Source of the DNA: Eledone cirrhosa
Taxonomy: Eukaryota
DNA length: 64,000 bases
Assembly (NCBI GenBank): GCA_964016885.1
Contig: OZ024741.1
Span: 173,972,001 to 174,036,000 of the forward strand
Direction: 5' to 3'
A program made the translations under genes and the position numbers. Positions 25,558 to 39,186 of the stretch are shown here, piece by piece. Position 1 is the stretch's first letter, and every line of letters begins with the position of its first letter. Below the pieces are notes generated by a model that saw only the letters and a list, made by a program, of their open reading frames with translations, was not told the origin of the DNA and ran no database searches.

Positions 25558-25960
<403 letters not shown>

Positions 25961-25964
25961 TACT

Positions 25965-26311
25965 TGAAGGCACATGGCTTAGTGGTTAGAGCATTGGCCT
26001 TGCAATCGAAAGGTTGTGAGTTCAATTCTCAGACCAGGTGATGTGTTGTTTCCTTGAGCAAGACACTTTATTTCACGTTGCTCCAGTTTACTCAGCTGTA
26101 GAAATGAGATTATAGGGACTGGGATCCCTATCATTCCACTGTAAAGTGGTCGTGGAGGTGCCACGGCAAAAAAGCACCCAGCGCTCACTGTAAATGAGGT
26201 TGGTGCTAGGAAGGGCATCCAGCTGTAGAAATCAAGCCAGAATCAGTTCCCGTCCCACCCTTGCAAGCAGGGAAAAGTGGACGTAAAATGAAATGATGAA
26301 ATGATGATGAT
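25965..26311 (+). mobile_element. tRNA-derived SINE family A, full length
   Basis: A and B boxes, RTE-derived module and tail, (TGA)n. Confidence 0.92.
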
Positions 26312-27128
26312 ACATACTGCACACAAATCGTCTGCCAAAGTTAGTGAAGCTATTATTAAACCTCCCCGGATGAAGTAACTTGCAATTTCTTCATAATTCT
26401 TGAAATGCAATTATACATCTAACAGACACACTCTCTAGAATAGATATATTTGTGTGTGAGAGAGAGAGAGAGGTAGATAGACAGGTAGGTTGGCAGGTAG
26501 ATAGAAAGATAGACGAGAGTGGGGTTGTCTGTATATGTAGCTGTGTGTATGTATGTGAAGATGTGGAAATAAGGAAAGGATAATTTCCAATGATTTCCAA
26601 TGATTCAATCCACAGGTGTATATTCCTTTTACCATTGCATAAGTACATAGACTCACTCACACATGTATATATATATATATGTATGTGTGGTGTGTTTATG
26701 TGTATGTATATGTATGTATCTGTTTGTGTGCATAAGTGTTTATGTGTATATATATGTATATGTGTGTGTGTATCTGTTTGCTTATGTGTGTGTGTGTGCA
26801 TATGTGTGTTACTGTATCTGTGTATGTGTGCATATGTGTGTGCGTTTATGTCCGTGATTGTAATGTTGAGAGTTCAAATCCCATCAGTGCGTTGTGTTCT
26901 TGAGTAAGACACTTTATTTCGCCTTTCTTCTCTCCACTGAAGTAAAAAAAAGTGTACTCTGCCAGTAAGTCGAGAACCAATGTAGTCCCACCCTGAAACG
27001 CTCCGTTATACGTGTCTATGGAATGCTCAGACACTCTCACCTTAATTTCAGGCAGTTCCATTTGAGAAACCTAGCTGATACAATCCTCGTCGCAAATGAT
27101 AGGGTACCATCATACATATGAACACATA

Positions 27129-27163
<35 letters not shown>

Positions 27164-27261
27164 CAAAGAGAATAGAAGAGATCAATAAAATAAGTATTAG
27201 ATTTTAAAATATATGTACTGGAATTGAGATCAAGAAAATCCTGTAATCGTGGTACCCCAGC

Positions 27262-29727
27262 ATGGGCACAGTCTAACGTCTGAAACAAGTGCAGGGCAGA
27301 GAATTGTTCTTCCTCCTTCAATCTATGGTGCCCCTCGCTTCTACATGGTAACAACTAACCCTACCTGGGATGAAATAAAAAATAGTTTGCATCCTGGTGA
27401 AGAACCTAGAGACTGTCCTGATATTTGTGGAAGAGTCTTCAAGGTCAAATATGACAGCCTCATGGATGACATACTGAAAAAAAATGTCCTAGGAAAAGTT
27501 GTGGCTCATTCTGCTACAATAGAGTGGCAGAAAACGAGGCCTCACTCATGCTCATATTCTGCTGATAATGGCTGAAGATAGCAAGCCCAAAACTGCTGAT
27601 GCCATTGATCAGGTAGTGTACTATGAGATTTCTGATAAAGAGACCAATCTAATTCTGCATAAGATCATCACATCCTGCAACATTCATGGCCCATGTGGAC
27701 AAGCTAATATGATGTGCTCATGTATGGAAGGGCTAGGACAACACCACCATTGCTCAAAAGGTTATCCCAAGGCATTCAGACAAACCACATTTGTTGCCGA
27801 AAATTCCTTTCCGGAGTATAGTAGATGGGATAGACAGCATGGTGGACACACCCATACAATCCAACTTAAAGGTAAAGAATTTATTTTTGATAATCGTTGG
27901 ATTGTTCCATACAACCCTTTCCTCTCATTTGAGACTATATCAATGATTGAGACCTATATCAATGAATGGTACATCTCAGCCAGTGAAACATTCTGGAGAA
28001 TCTATAAATTTCCATTACATCATCGAAAACTGCCAGTTGAACAGTTGCCTTGCCATTTACCTGGGGAATAAATGTTGTGTATGAGCGAGGGCAGGAAGAA
28101 AGTATTGTTTCTAAGGGACAGCCAATGACTAAGTTGATGGAATATTTTCAACTGAATATTAGAGACCCACTGGCACAAAACATATTGTATATTGATATTC
28201 CTAAATATTTCACTTGGACAAACAAAAGTGGCAAAGAAGAAAAAAGGGACATCTGGACGGTGATCAACAATTTATGAGTGAATCTCTTGGACGCATTCCA
28301 ACAGTATCTCTCAGTAGACATCAATATGAACTATATTACCTCAGGATGATCCTACATCACAAGGCTAGGTCAACTTCATACAAAGATTTGAGGACAATTG
28401 AAGGAGTTGAATTTCCAACATTCCAAGAAGCATACAGGAAACTTGGTCTGTTAGATGAAGATGGAAAAAAAGATAAAGCTATGGAAGAGACCTCATCCAT
28501 TACACTTGGTCCTCAGCTGTGAGAGATCTTCTGCACCATTTTATTGTACAGCATGCCAAATGACACTCTGAAACATACATTTGCCACTGCCATATCTGGA
28601 ATAGCAGCCACTTTGCTTCACAAAGATAGAACTCTTCATTCCAAGTGCAAGATTCCTCTCAATGTGACTGCTGAATCAACTTGCTTCTTCACAAAGAGGG
28701 ATGACACAGGTAAACTTATGCAGCAAGCTGACCTGCTAATCATTGATGAGATAGTTATTGGGACATAAGCATATCTTTGAATACCTTGACAGGAGCTTCA
28801 AAGATGTTTGAGATTGAAAAAAGCCATTTGGTGGTCTAACAGTATTACTATCTGGTGACTGGAAGCAAATTCTTCCAGTTGTACTTCATGGTGTTAGACC
28901 ACAAATAGTTGATCAAGAGATCCTATCTCTTGGACTATGTGGAGACCATGAAGATGACAACCAATCAACGGTTAATTAATGCAGAGGATTCTTGATGTGG
29001 GAAATGGTAACATTCCAACTGTACCAACTTTAGGTGCATTCATAATTCTTCTGTCAAATAAATTTTGTCTGGAATATGGTAATCTGTCTGGACTGTGTGA
29101 TTTTTGCATATACAAATCTTCCAGGAAACTACACAAACCAACTATGGTTTGAAAATATAGCCAATATCACTCCAACAAATGATGCAACAATATTGGTGAA
29201 TGAGTTCATACAGAAGCTCTGATACAGTAGATAAGGAACTGCAATATCCAATTGAGTTCATCAACAAACTTACCCCATTAGGCTTCCCAACACATATACT
29301 TAAACTGAAGAAAGGCAGTTGCATCATGCTTCTGAGAAATCTGGATCCTCTAAACAGGCATTGCAATGGTACACGCTACATCATCATCAGTTTACACAAT
29401 CATGTAATTGAAGCTGAAGTGGCATTGGGTCCCAATGCTGGAACAAGGTTGCTAATACCAAGGATACCACGTGTATCTCAAGAGCTTGAGTTCCCTTTCA
29501 CCTTTACTCGCAAGCAATTTCCTGTCAAACCAGCCTTTGCCCCTACATGCAACAAGGCACAAGGGCAGACATTTGAAAAGATAGGTGTATATCTACCAAC
29601 ACAATTCTTCTCACATGGTCAGATGTATGTTGCATTATCACGAGTTACAAAAAAAGAAAATATAAAAATATTAAATGAAAGGGGTCTGTTTGCTGACAAC
29701 TGTGTCTACAAAGAAATTCTACAGTGA
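27262..29727 (+). pseudogene. Helitron Rep/PIF1-helicase pseudogene with internal deletions
   Basis: TTNPTWDEI, IEWQKRGLTHAHIL (HUH, across a frameshift), [38 protein letters not shown]...CNGTR, NKAQGQT, FSHGQMYVALSRV. Confidence 0.95.
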
Positions 29728-29869
29728 TGTGAAACAACTATCACTCTCTTTTAGTTGAAATGCATTTCAGTTTCTTTTTAACTGCTAGAAAAGGGACACT
29801 ACAAAAACTTAAGAAGTCTATATGTGAATACAGTAAAACAACAATATAGCGAAGGTCAACTCTTCATAT

Positions 29870-30215
29870 TCATCATCATCATCATTTCATTTTACGTCCG
29901 CTTTTTCCCTGCTTACAAGGGTGGGACGGGAACTGATTCTGGCTTGATTTCTACAGTTGGATGCCCTTCCTAACACCAACCTCATTTACAGTGAGTGCTG
30001 GGTGCTTTTTTGCTGTGGCACCTCCACGACCACTTTGCAGTTGAATGATAGGGACCGCAATCCCTATCATCTCATTTCTACAGCTGAGTAAACTGGAGCA
30101 ATGTGAAATAAAGTGTCTTGCTCAAGGAAACAACACATCACCTGGTCTGAGAATTGAACTCACAACCTTTTGATTGCAAGGCCAATGCTCTAACCACTAA
30201 GCCATATGCCTCCAT
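29870..30215 (-). mobile_element. tRNA-derived SINE family A, full length
   Basis: Reverse complement of 25965-26311. Confidence 0.92.
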
Positions 30216-30862
30216 ATTGGTAAATGTAATTCATTCATTCATACCAGGAGCATCTATTTTCAAATTCACGACTTAAAGCTTCCCATCGACATTCTCAAGT
30301 GAAGATTCATGAACATTTTCCGTCAACAGTTTCATGGCTTTTCCATCTCCATTATAGCCTTTTTTTTAAATGTAGCATGGATTACTTTACTGATTACAGA
30401 AGTAAGTGTAACACAGTCTTTGTTCAGTTTATGTGCATATTGTCAATTTACGTATTATATCTATGTGCATATATATTTGTGTATATACAGACTATATACG
30501 CCAGCAGAAAACCGCTCGAAGGGCAGTTCTTCTGCTTGTTAGTTTAATACTTGATATAGTTCATAAAGGTTTTTACGTTTTGGATACTAGTCCTTCAGCA
30601 GAAGATAAAATGAGAAATAAAAGATGAAAGAGAAAAACTGTGAGAAGAGGGAGGAATGGAGATATTTGGGGGGAGAAAAACCATGTGAGTGTTTAGTATA
30701 TATAATCAATATATTTGTAACACACACTTAGTGATTTTCTGATTTTGAATTTTATGCAAATTAATGAATGCATTCGTTTTCCTTAAATTTTATGCAAATT
30801 AATGAATGCATTTATTTTCCTTAAATTCCTTAATAAAGTTAAATAAATTAATTTCTGAACAG

Positions 30863-30998
30863 AATAAAATCCTCTAACAATGATTATATTGCTGACATTG
30901 GGAAACGTCTTAAAGCAGACAGATTATCTCGAGAAGACCATGAGCAGAGAAGACGCAAGGTGTTGGTTGACCAACAGCAAGCACAAGATGAAATTTGG
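30863..30998 (+). CDS. SPEF2: SPEF2 internal exon (IKSSNNDYIADIGKRLKADRLSREDHEQRRRKVLVDQQQAQDEIW)
   Basis: cAG/GT, 136 bp, phase 2 to 0; matches SPEF2 DDEYIKKIQKRLEED...REKRRRKLLMDQ. Confidence 0.9.
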
Positions 30999-31535
30999 GT
31001 AGGAATTTCTTGTTTTAAATATATATATATATATCAAATAGTGGTAGTTAAGTCAGGATCAATTCACCATAATTGTTTATTGCATGATATATATTTCTGT
31101 TACATGGTTATCCATGTGACTTCGTCAGGTGCTCATGCAATCATAGGTGCAGTTATGCAATTATTGGGATATGCTGCTGGCCATGTACATAAACAACACT
31201 CTTCTGCAACTATATATATATATATCATCATCACTGTTTAACATCCATTTTCCATGCTAGTGTAAATTAGACGAGTTGATCAGGTGACCATGTCTTACCC
31301 ATTCAGAACTGTTTCTGACTTGGTTTCTATGACTGGATGGCCTTTCTAATGCCAACCACATTTACAGCATGGACTGGGTACCTTTTATTGGGGAATCAAA
31401 ATGACCAACTGATAGGTTGGATTGGATATCAATGTTTGGGGGATTTTAGGTTCTAGAATGTAAGGAGTTTTAGGATGTATAGGTCGCTGTGTTGTTTGTT
31501 AATCTAGATTAGCTAAATTCATTTGAAACCATCAG

Positions 31536-31587
31536 GACATTCCTGATGATTTCATATGAATGAAACAGTTCTAGTCCTGTAGAAGTC
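31536..31587 (+). ncRNA. Type I hammerhead ribozyme motif, homologue of 14776-14828, sense to SPEF2
   Basis: GACaTTC CTGATGA tTTCAtaTGAAt GAAA CAG ttctagtc CTG TA GAAGTC. Confidence 0.75.
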
Positions 31588-31776
31588 ATTTCTATATAAA
31601 ATAACAAATTCCTATGTATTGAGCACCTCTTTTAACTATGGTTACCCTTTGACATACCTTGGGAGTCTACATACATACATATATATACAACATAAATTAC
31701 AATCAAATGGTGTTTAAAACATTTAATATTTTAAACACCATTTGATTGTAACTTATGTTGTATTTCTGCTCTGTAT

Positions 31777-32122
31777 TCATCATTCATCATCATTTCATTT
31801 TACGTCCATTTTCCCTGCTTGCAAGGGTGAGACGGGAACTGATTCTGGCTTGATTTCTACAGCTGGATGCCCTTCCTAACACCAACCTCATTTACAGTGA
31901 GTGCTGGGTGCTTTTTCTCTGTGACACGTCCACGACCTCTTTGCAGTGGAATGATAGGGACCCCAGTCCCTATCATCTCATTTCTACAGCTGAGTAAACT
32001 GGAGCAATGTGAAATAAAGTGTCTTGCTCAAGGAAACAACACATCACCCGGTCTGAGAATTGAACTCACAACCTTTCGATTGCCAGTCCATTGCTCTAAC
32101 CACTAAGCCATGTGCCTCCATT
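31777..32122 (-). mobile_element. tRNA-derived SINE family A, full length
   Basis: Reverse complement of 25965-26311. Confidence 0.92.
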
Positions 32123-32284
32123 TATTATACTTGATATTTTACATTGAGCTATTTTCTTACTGGTAATCGGGTAACATAAAATATTACCCTTATTTTATAT
32201 ATATTCTTATATATAAATATAATTATAATTACATATCATCATCGTTTAACGTTTTATCTTCCACGCTTGCATGGGTATATATAT

Positions 32285-32407
<123 letters not shown>

Positions 32408-32409
32408 TA

Positions 32410-32940
32410 GGTGCATGCATGGAAGAAGTTCCAGAAACTAAGTGACATGCTCTAAAGAGAAGGGGAGTATAATTGAAATTGAAGGGAAGGGTGTATGCTA
32501 TAAATATGAGAAGTGCCATAATTTATAGGAGAAACAAGAGTTGATGAACCTGAAGCTGGAAAGAATGGAAATGAGAATGGTTCAGTGATTGTGTGGAGAA
32601 TTAACTATTGAGGATGACTGGAATAGAGCTAGTGGTGGATATAGTAAAGAGAAACGGAATAAGATGATTGGGTCATGTGTTGAGGAAAGATGTAAGTGAC
32701 TGGGTGAGAGGAATAGAGCCAATGATGAATGTTGTGTAAAGAGATGGAATGAGATGACTGGGTGAGAGGAGGGATTAAAATGAATGTGGAAGGAAGTAGA
32801 GAAAGGGGAAGACCAAAAATGACATGGCTAAGGTGGAGAAGCCAACAGGTTGGTGAGGGAGGATCTAGACAATTGGGCAAAATAGAGAAGCTGGATGTGC
32901 CTCACCCCTACCCCCACAGGGCTAACTGACTAAACGGTAA
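32410..32940 (+). mobile_element. Old degraded RTE 3' fragment
   Basis: Remnants of GRVYA...RSA, WLGHV-R and GSRERGRPKMTW. Confidence 0.6.
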
Positions 32941-33045
32941 AATATAACCTCTTCGCACTTCATCAAAATTGCATTGTTTACTCTAAAACTCAATTATATG
33001 ACTAATTTTCTAATACTGCCCTCTCCTCCAATTTATCTTCTGAAG

Positions 33046-33234
33046 TTGGCCAACCGAGATAAAGTTCTTATAGACAGAATTCTGAGGCAGTCAAAGCAAG
33101 AGAAGAAGATCATAGTGCAACTTCTACAGACACGCCAACAGAAGAATATTCTCATGAAAAATAGAATGTTTCAAGAAAAACAATATCAAGAACGCCGTGA
33201 AAAAGATTTCCTTGATGCTTTGAATAAAGAAGCT
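33046..33234 (+). CDS. SPEF2: SPEF2 internal exon (LANRDKVLIDRILRQSKQEKKIIVQL...DFLDALNKEA)
   Basis: AG/GTAAGT, 189 bp, phase 0/0; matches RLMRQSQQERRIAVQL...NRIFREKQ...DFQDALDREA. Confidence 0.93.
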
Positions 33235-34034
33235 GTAAGTATATGTTATATATAGTATTCCCTCATGAATAATTCATCATCAACATCATCATCAACATCA
33301 TCATCAACATTCATTATTCATTCATCATCAACAATATCATCGTCATCATTTATATGGCCATTTTCTTCAGTGCTAGCATGGATTGGAAGGGACAATTGCA
33401 GGCAATGTATTACAGCCAGATGTCCTTCCTGACACACTCAGTCACTTTTTAAATACACAAGGATATGTGTACCTATTCTAAATCAGACACAGTTATAGCA
33501 TTCCTTCATAAATTATCATAAAGTTCATTCATCATAGTTTTGTGACTGCTTTTCCATACTGGCATAAGTTAGATGAGATTATATTTTTGTCTCTCTGAAG
33601 CAGCCCCCAAAATTGTCCAGAAATCTCAATCATCTGATCTTGTTGGAGTTATCTACCCTGCCTTTTTTTTAAATTTAAATTTTACCTCATCCCCCCCTCT
33701 TGAGTGAGTGTTTGTTGACTATTTGCTTGGGCAATCAGTTTATTGAAGTTGTTCAAATCACTCTACTATACATGTGAGACTACAATAGTAGTATGTAAAA
33801 TGTTCTTCTGATGTTATCAGCCCAAGCCAGATGTAAAATGTAGGCTCTGAAAGCTGGTAATAGGCCTAAGCCAAATGTGAAATATAGATCTCATTTCAAA
33901 CTGTTCATTCAGTACTTTAGTAATTAGTCTGAAATACATATGATTTATGTATGGATTCACATAATTATATGTATATGTAGTGTACATGATATACCTACAA
34001 GTAACGGGAAAGTATAATAGAACTATAACTTGAG

Positions 34035-34220
34035 CAGGGCCAGATTAAGTCCTTTTAAGGTCCTAAGCACTTAAAAGATTATGATGGGCCCCATATGTAA
34101 AGTTTGCAAAAAATGTATTTTTTGTAATGACAAGTACATTTAATTTGAATAAAAGGGTGCCCTTCTTTTCTTGATGTCTTAAGCATATGCTTATTTTGCA
34201 TAATGTTTAATTCAGCCCTG
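34035..34220. mobile_element. hAT-like MITE
   Basis: TIRs CAGGGCCAGATTAA / TTAATTCAGCCCTG; TSD not evident. Confidence 0.6.
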
Positions 34221-34587
34221 AACAAGTAGGGCCCGCTCCTCAAAATCATAACTCATGCCAAAAACCTCACCTGGCCTCCATCATTGGTCTGGCTTGAAAG
34301 TACTAAAACCATCAGTACATATTTACTGACTCTTGAATACCATGCTAGCATGAATGCTACAACTTGCCAAATAACAAAACTGATTTCTGTTCATAAGAAG
34401 AAAGATATTTGATGCCATAGTCATAGATACACTTTGCCTGGGGGATAGATGGGATAGTCACAGCTTGAATGCCTTTCATCAATGATCTTCTTGATCATGG
34501 CTGACTAGGGGACTAAAGCACTATCACAACAACAATAGTAAGTATGAAAAATATTTTTTACTTTTTCATTTGTTGCTGTCTTTGTAG

Positions 34588-34775
34588 GAACTCCTTCGGC
34601 TTGCTAAAGAAGAATATTCTGATCAAGTGTTGAAAGATATTCATTTACATCAGAAGGTTAAAGCTGAGTACAAAGCAGAGAAATATAGAATACATTATGA
34701 ATTATGTTTTGAAATATTATTACAGATTCTTGATATTATTTGTAAAATATGTGATTATAGAGCAATATCTAACAG
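34588..34775 (+). CDS. SPEF2: SPEF2 internal exon (ELLRLAKEEY...HYELCFEILLQILDIICKICDYRAISN)
   Basis: tgtAG/GTAAGA, 188 bp, phase 0 to 2; matches HYSVCAEILDQIVDLSTKVADYRMLTN. Confidence 0.93.
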
Positions 34776-36637
34776 GTAAGAATATATATATATATATATA
34801 TATAACTATAGCATTATTCAGTTTCCGTTAGAGTAATCAATTAATTTGATTATGTAACAAGAATCTGAAGCTGTTTACAGTAGTGTTTTATTCAACGATC
34901 GAATTATTTCATGTGGAAATTCAGTGGTAGTTCTACTAAAGGTTCCAAGTGAAACAATTTACCGAGTATATATAGAAATTTACAAAATTATTATTTAAAA
35001 CATCACAATCCAGAAGAGTGAGAATAACATTTGTTATTTGAAAATTTGTTGTGTTTACATATTTTTTTTATTAAGTAGTTGGATTCGATTTAATTTGATT
35101 GAAATAGTTAAATATTAGACTGATATGTAACACATACGATGAAACACGTGTCAGTATTATGCAATAGATCTTATTCCAACCCATGATGGTGATGATATAT
35201 ATATATGTGTATATATGTTATTGATTATTTTATATTTCATAAATCTTTTGGTTGTGTTCACTATGGGTATGTATGGACCTGTAACTCCTGATGGAATTGT
35301 AGAAGCATCTAATGACATACAGCATGTCTTGGACATTTTAGACCTATTGGCAGAGCTCATCCCCTCAGAGAAGAAAAGGGAGAGAAAGTGAGTAACAGTG
35401 ATAGATGAAGAATTGACTCCAATACTGGATTGGTACTTTTTTATTGACCTCAAAAGGATGAAAGGCAAAATTGACCATAACAGGTTTTGAACTCAGAGTA
35501 TAATAGATGTTGTTGTTGTAATTATTGTTGTTTATCCCCAGGTCAACTCTGATCAATCAGACTTCTGACTAAAACACATTTAGTGTGACCATCTTGCCTT
35601 TTTAAAGTAGGCATGATGATGGATCCTCCATCAGTTTCAACAATGAGCATTCTAATGTCAGATTAACTGAATGCCTGACACATGAATTACCACATAAATG
35701 GCTGAGTATTCTACAGATGTGTATATCTTTAGCCTAATGGTTATACAGAATCAGCATGGCTCATTGTGTGACATGGCTGGTCCTTTGAATTCCAGGTACT
35801 GACCATCTGGTAAGCTTTCATGCAGTTTCCATCATAGTTTCCAATTCCACTGACAAAGCTTAGGTCAACCTGAGGCTATGATAAAAAATAATTGACTCAA
35901 GGACCTTATAATTACAAAGCAAACTTCTTAACCTCTCAGCCATGATGTCAGCTATTCTTTCTGTGTATATGAAGTTGTATGAGATCATCATCATCATCAT
36001 CATCATCATCATCGTTTAACGTCTATCTTCCACGCTATATACATAAACATATCATATACACCTTCATATAAATCACTATTATTAATCATACTATGATAGT
36101 TCTACTGCCAACTAGGACTACATTATCCTGTGTTTTCCTGCAGTCATATTGGATCAGTATCTGAGATCACATTATCTAATGTGTCCTCCCAGTGGGATGT
36201 TATTTGACTGCTGTTCCTAGCACATCAAGTGACCAACTTTGTTGACTCAGATTAATAAGTGTTGCTTCACAAGGTTGCAGTAAGGTGCACAAATGCATCT
36301 ATAGGTAAAAAATGTAACACTGACATCTTCTCTGTGGGGAGAGTTGTCATTCATTCACTTAATATAACTCAGATAAATTAACAAGATAACTAGGAAATAA
36401 ATTAACAAGATAACTAGGAAGCCTCTACGTAGTTGCTAGAAATACTTTTTAAAATTCCTTCAAAATCACACTCTGTTGCCTTACACAAGGTTGATAAGGA
36501 ACTAAAGAAGAACTGAGATAAGTTCTGTACATTGTAACATGTAGGAACTGGTCAGTCGACTTACTAGAAATAGCAGCCAAATACCCCTTTAAATCACACC
36601 CTACTTAACAGCTACAGCAATTGTAACAATTAAGATG

Positions 36638-37445
36638 CCTCCTCCTCCTCCTCTTTCTTTGTCTTCATCTTCATCGTCTTCATCTTCTCCTCCTCTTCCT
36701 GGGAGGGTCATGGGGCAGAGTCCTCAAGCATGTCTTCCAGCGGGTTTTGTCAGAAGCAACTTACTCCAATTGATCCGACTGGATCCCCAACTGTGACCAG
36801 CCAAGCTCATGAATGTTATCCACCCATCTTGCCCATGGTCTACCTCTGCGTTTCCTACTGGCTACTGGCTGGCTTTGCCTGTAAAATCTGTCTAGTGATT
36901 TTTTTTCTTTTAGACATTCTAACCACATGTTTGTAATATCAGAGCTTTGATCTCTTAATTTGGAGAATTAGTGGCTCTACCTGGATCAACTCATTGATCT
37001 CCGAGTTATACACTCTATCAAGTAACATCAAAGGCCCTTTGGAGGAGTCGCATTTTGGCCGCTTGTAATTGCAATTGTATTCTTTGGTCATTACCCAAGA
37101 TTTATGACCATAGGTAAGGTTTGGTAAGAATATAAAATTGAAGATAGCAAATTTGACTTCTGTATCTACCTCCCTACTTCTGATAACCAAATGCCGAAAC
37201 TGGCGCATTACTGCACTAGCCCCTGTAATTCTTGCACTTAATTTAGCCTTCTGCCTTCAATCAATCATGAAAACAGCCCCAAGATACTTGAACTTCTCTA
37301 CTTGTTTTGGTGGAACTCCATGCACATGTAGAGTGCACTGCACAAGTTTCCTTGAGAGGATGAGTGTCTCAGTCTTTGCAGCACTGACTTTTATTACTGC
37401 TGTACAACACTCTGCAGTAAATCTATCAAGTGCATGTCTGAAGTG
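36638..37445 (-). mobile_element. Degraded RTE-clade LINE 3' fragment (different family)
   Basis: Minus strand QVEKFKYLG...ARITGASAVMR...LTYGHKSWVM; (GAA/GAG)n tail at 36640-36700. Confidence 0.75.
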
Positions 37446-37671
37446 ATATCAAGACTGTTGGGTGTAGGATCAGTTGGCTGGAATTTGCAGACGGTATGAT
37501 ACAATTAAGATGTATTTATCTAAATTATTTTCAGTAGATTTTTCCTAAATATTAGATAGGCTTCTTTTTGTGGTAATATTACAAATCTATATATAAATCA
37601 GAATTTATTTTCGTTATAATGTGTTTATATCTGTTTTTCCTTGCTGGCATGGGTTGGATGAGACTATTTAA

Positions 37672-37878
37672 TACTTTAGCATTTAAAGCAGCCATATCCA
37701 GCCATAATTCTTTCATCTTTTTCTGTTCAAAACGGCTGTAACTGGCCACTCATACTGATGTTAAGGTATTGTTCTCAAAATATAATATCATAATCTTGTA
37801 GATTCGATATTATGTGAGATAAAGCCTTTACTGTGAAAATACAATAGTAAATATAGAGTAATGTAAATGCTAAAGAGT
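37672..37878. mobile_element. MITE with short TIRs (piggyBac-like)
   Basis: TTAA-TACTTTAGCATTT ... AAATGCTAAAGAG-TAAA. Confidence 0.5.
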
Positions 37879-39186
37879 AAAAACAGTTTTTCTATAGCCA
37901 GATGCCCTTTCTGATATCAACCTGTACTTTATCTCATAAATACGGTATACACTGCTCAAGGAAGTGAATTGGTAAAGTCATTAGAATGTTAGGTAGAATA
38001 TTTTGTGATATCCATTCTGGCTTTACACATTCATACATGCAGGACATACACAAACCCCACCATTTGCTTTGAACATTATTGATATGAAGATGCATGCAGT
38101 AAATTGACATACATACACATTCACACAGCACACATACATACATACATACACACACACCCACATATACACATACATATTTAGCAGTTAAAGATGTTTTAGC
38201 TAATGGCAGAAAAAGAAGTTATTTGGTTGTAGTTTGGTTGTACCACTTTAGCAGATGAATCTTTAATATAGTTGTTGTTGGCAAGTAGGTAAGTAAAGCT
38301 GATCTCAATGAGTTGAGAGAAGTTATGTCATCTTTAAGGAAACAAAAGCTGTACTCACTTATGGTGCGAAATGATATTACCTTGGGAAAAATGATTTTTC
38401 CATATCACATCAGAAGAAATATTTTTAAGATGTGTGAAGATTCAATGGTGGCAGAAATTATCAGAAGGCTGTTAAAACATTTTATAAAGGATTTATTTTC
38501 TTCCGTAAAATATTACAATAAAATGCTGCTGGCTTGCTGCATGAGTAAATTGATAAACAATGAAGTGTTGGAAGAAAGAGGTTGCTGGGCCCTTGCCGAC
38601 AGGACCAAAGTTTCTTGTTTAGTACTACATCTTGCTAGTATCGACAGGGAACGTAATTAGGTCTTGTCTCCTTGAAATGAAAGCAGCAACTGTGTAGATG
38701 AGAAAAAAAGGAGCGAATTTGTTTTGCTAGGCGGAAAAAAGTACCTGGTATTTCTATGCCGCCGACTTAGAGGCCCAACAACTTACCACTTGTTCCGCCG
38801 CGGTAAGTAGTGCCTTTGCTTACTACACATACTCTCCCCCATACTCACCACACACACTCACATACTCCATTCCACATCATCACAACCCAACCCCACACAC
38901 ATATACACATACATACCTCCACACATATACACATACACATCCCAACACACATATACACACATACACATACACATATACAACAGGCTTCTGTACAGTTTCC
39001 ATCTACCAAATTCACCCCTAAGGCATTGGTCGGCATGAGACTATAGCAGAAGACACATACCCAAGATAGCACTCAGTGGGATAGAACTCTAAATCATATG
39101 GTTATTGAAGCAACATTTCTAACCACTTATCCATCAAATTAATTTTAAGTTTTACATGCTTATGTTTGTTAGTAGTGAACTGAACG

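Noticed and set aside
38240-38810. 115-aa ORF / GC-rich end as a gene or LINE 5' part
   Set aside because: No recognisable motif in the frames I read, and it is not needed for SPEF2 frame continuity.
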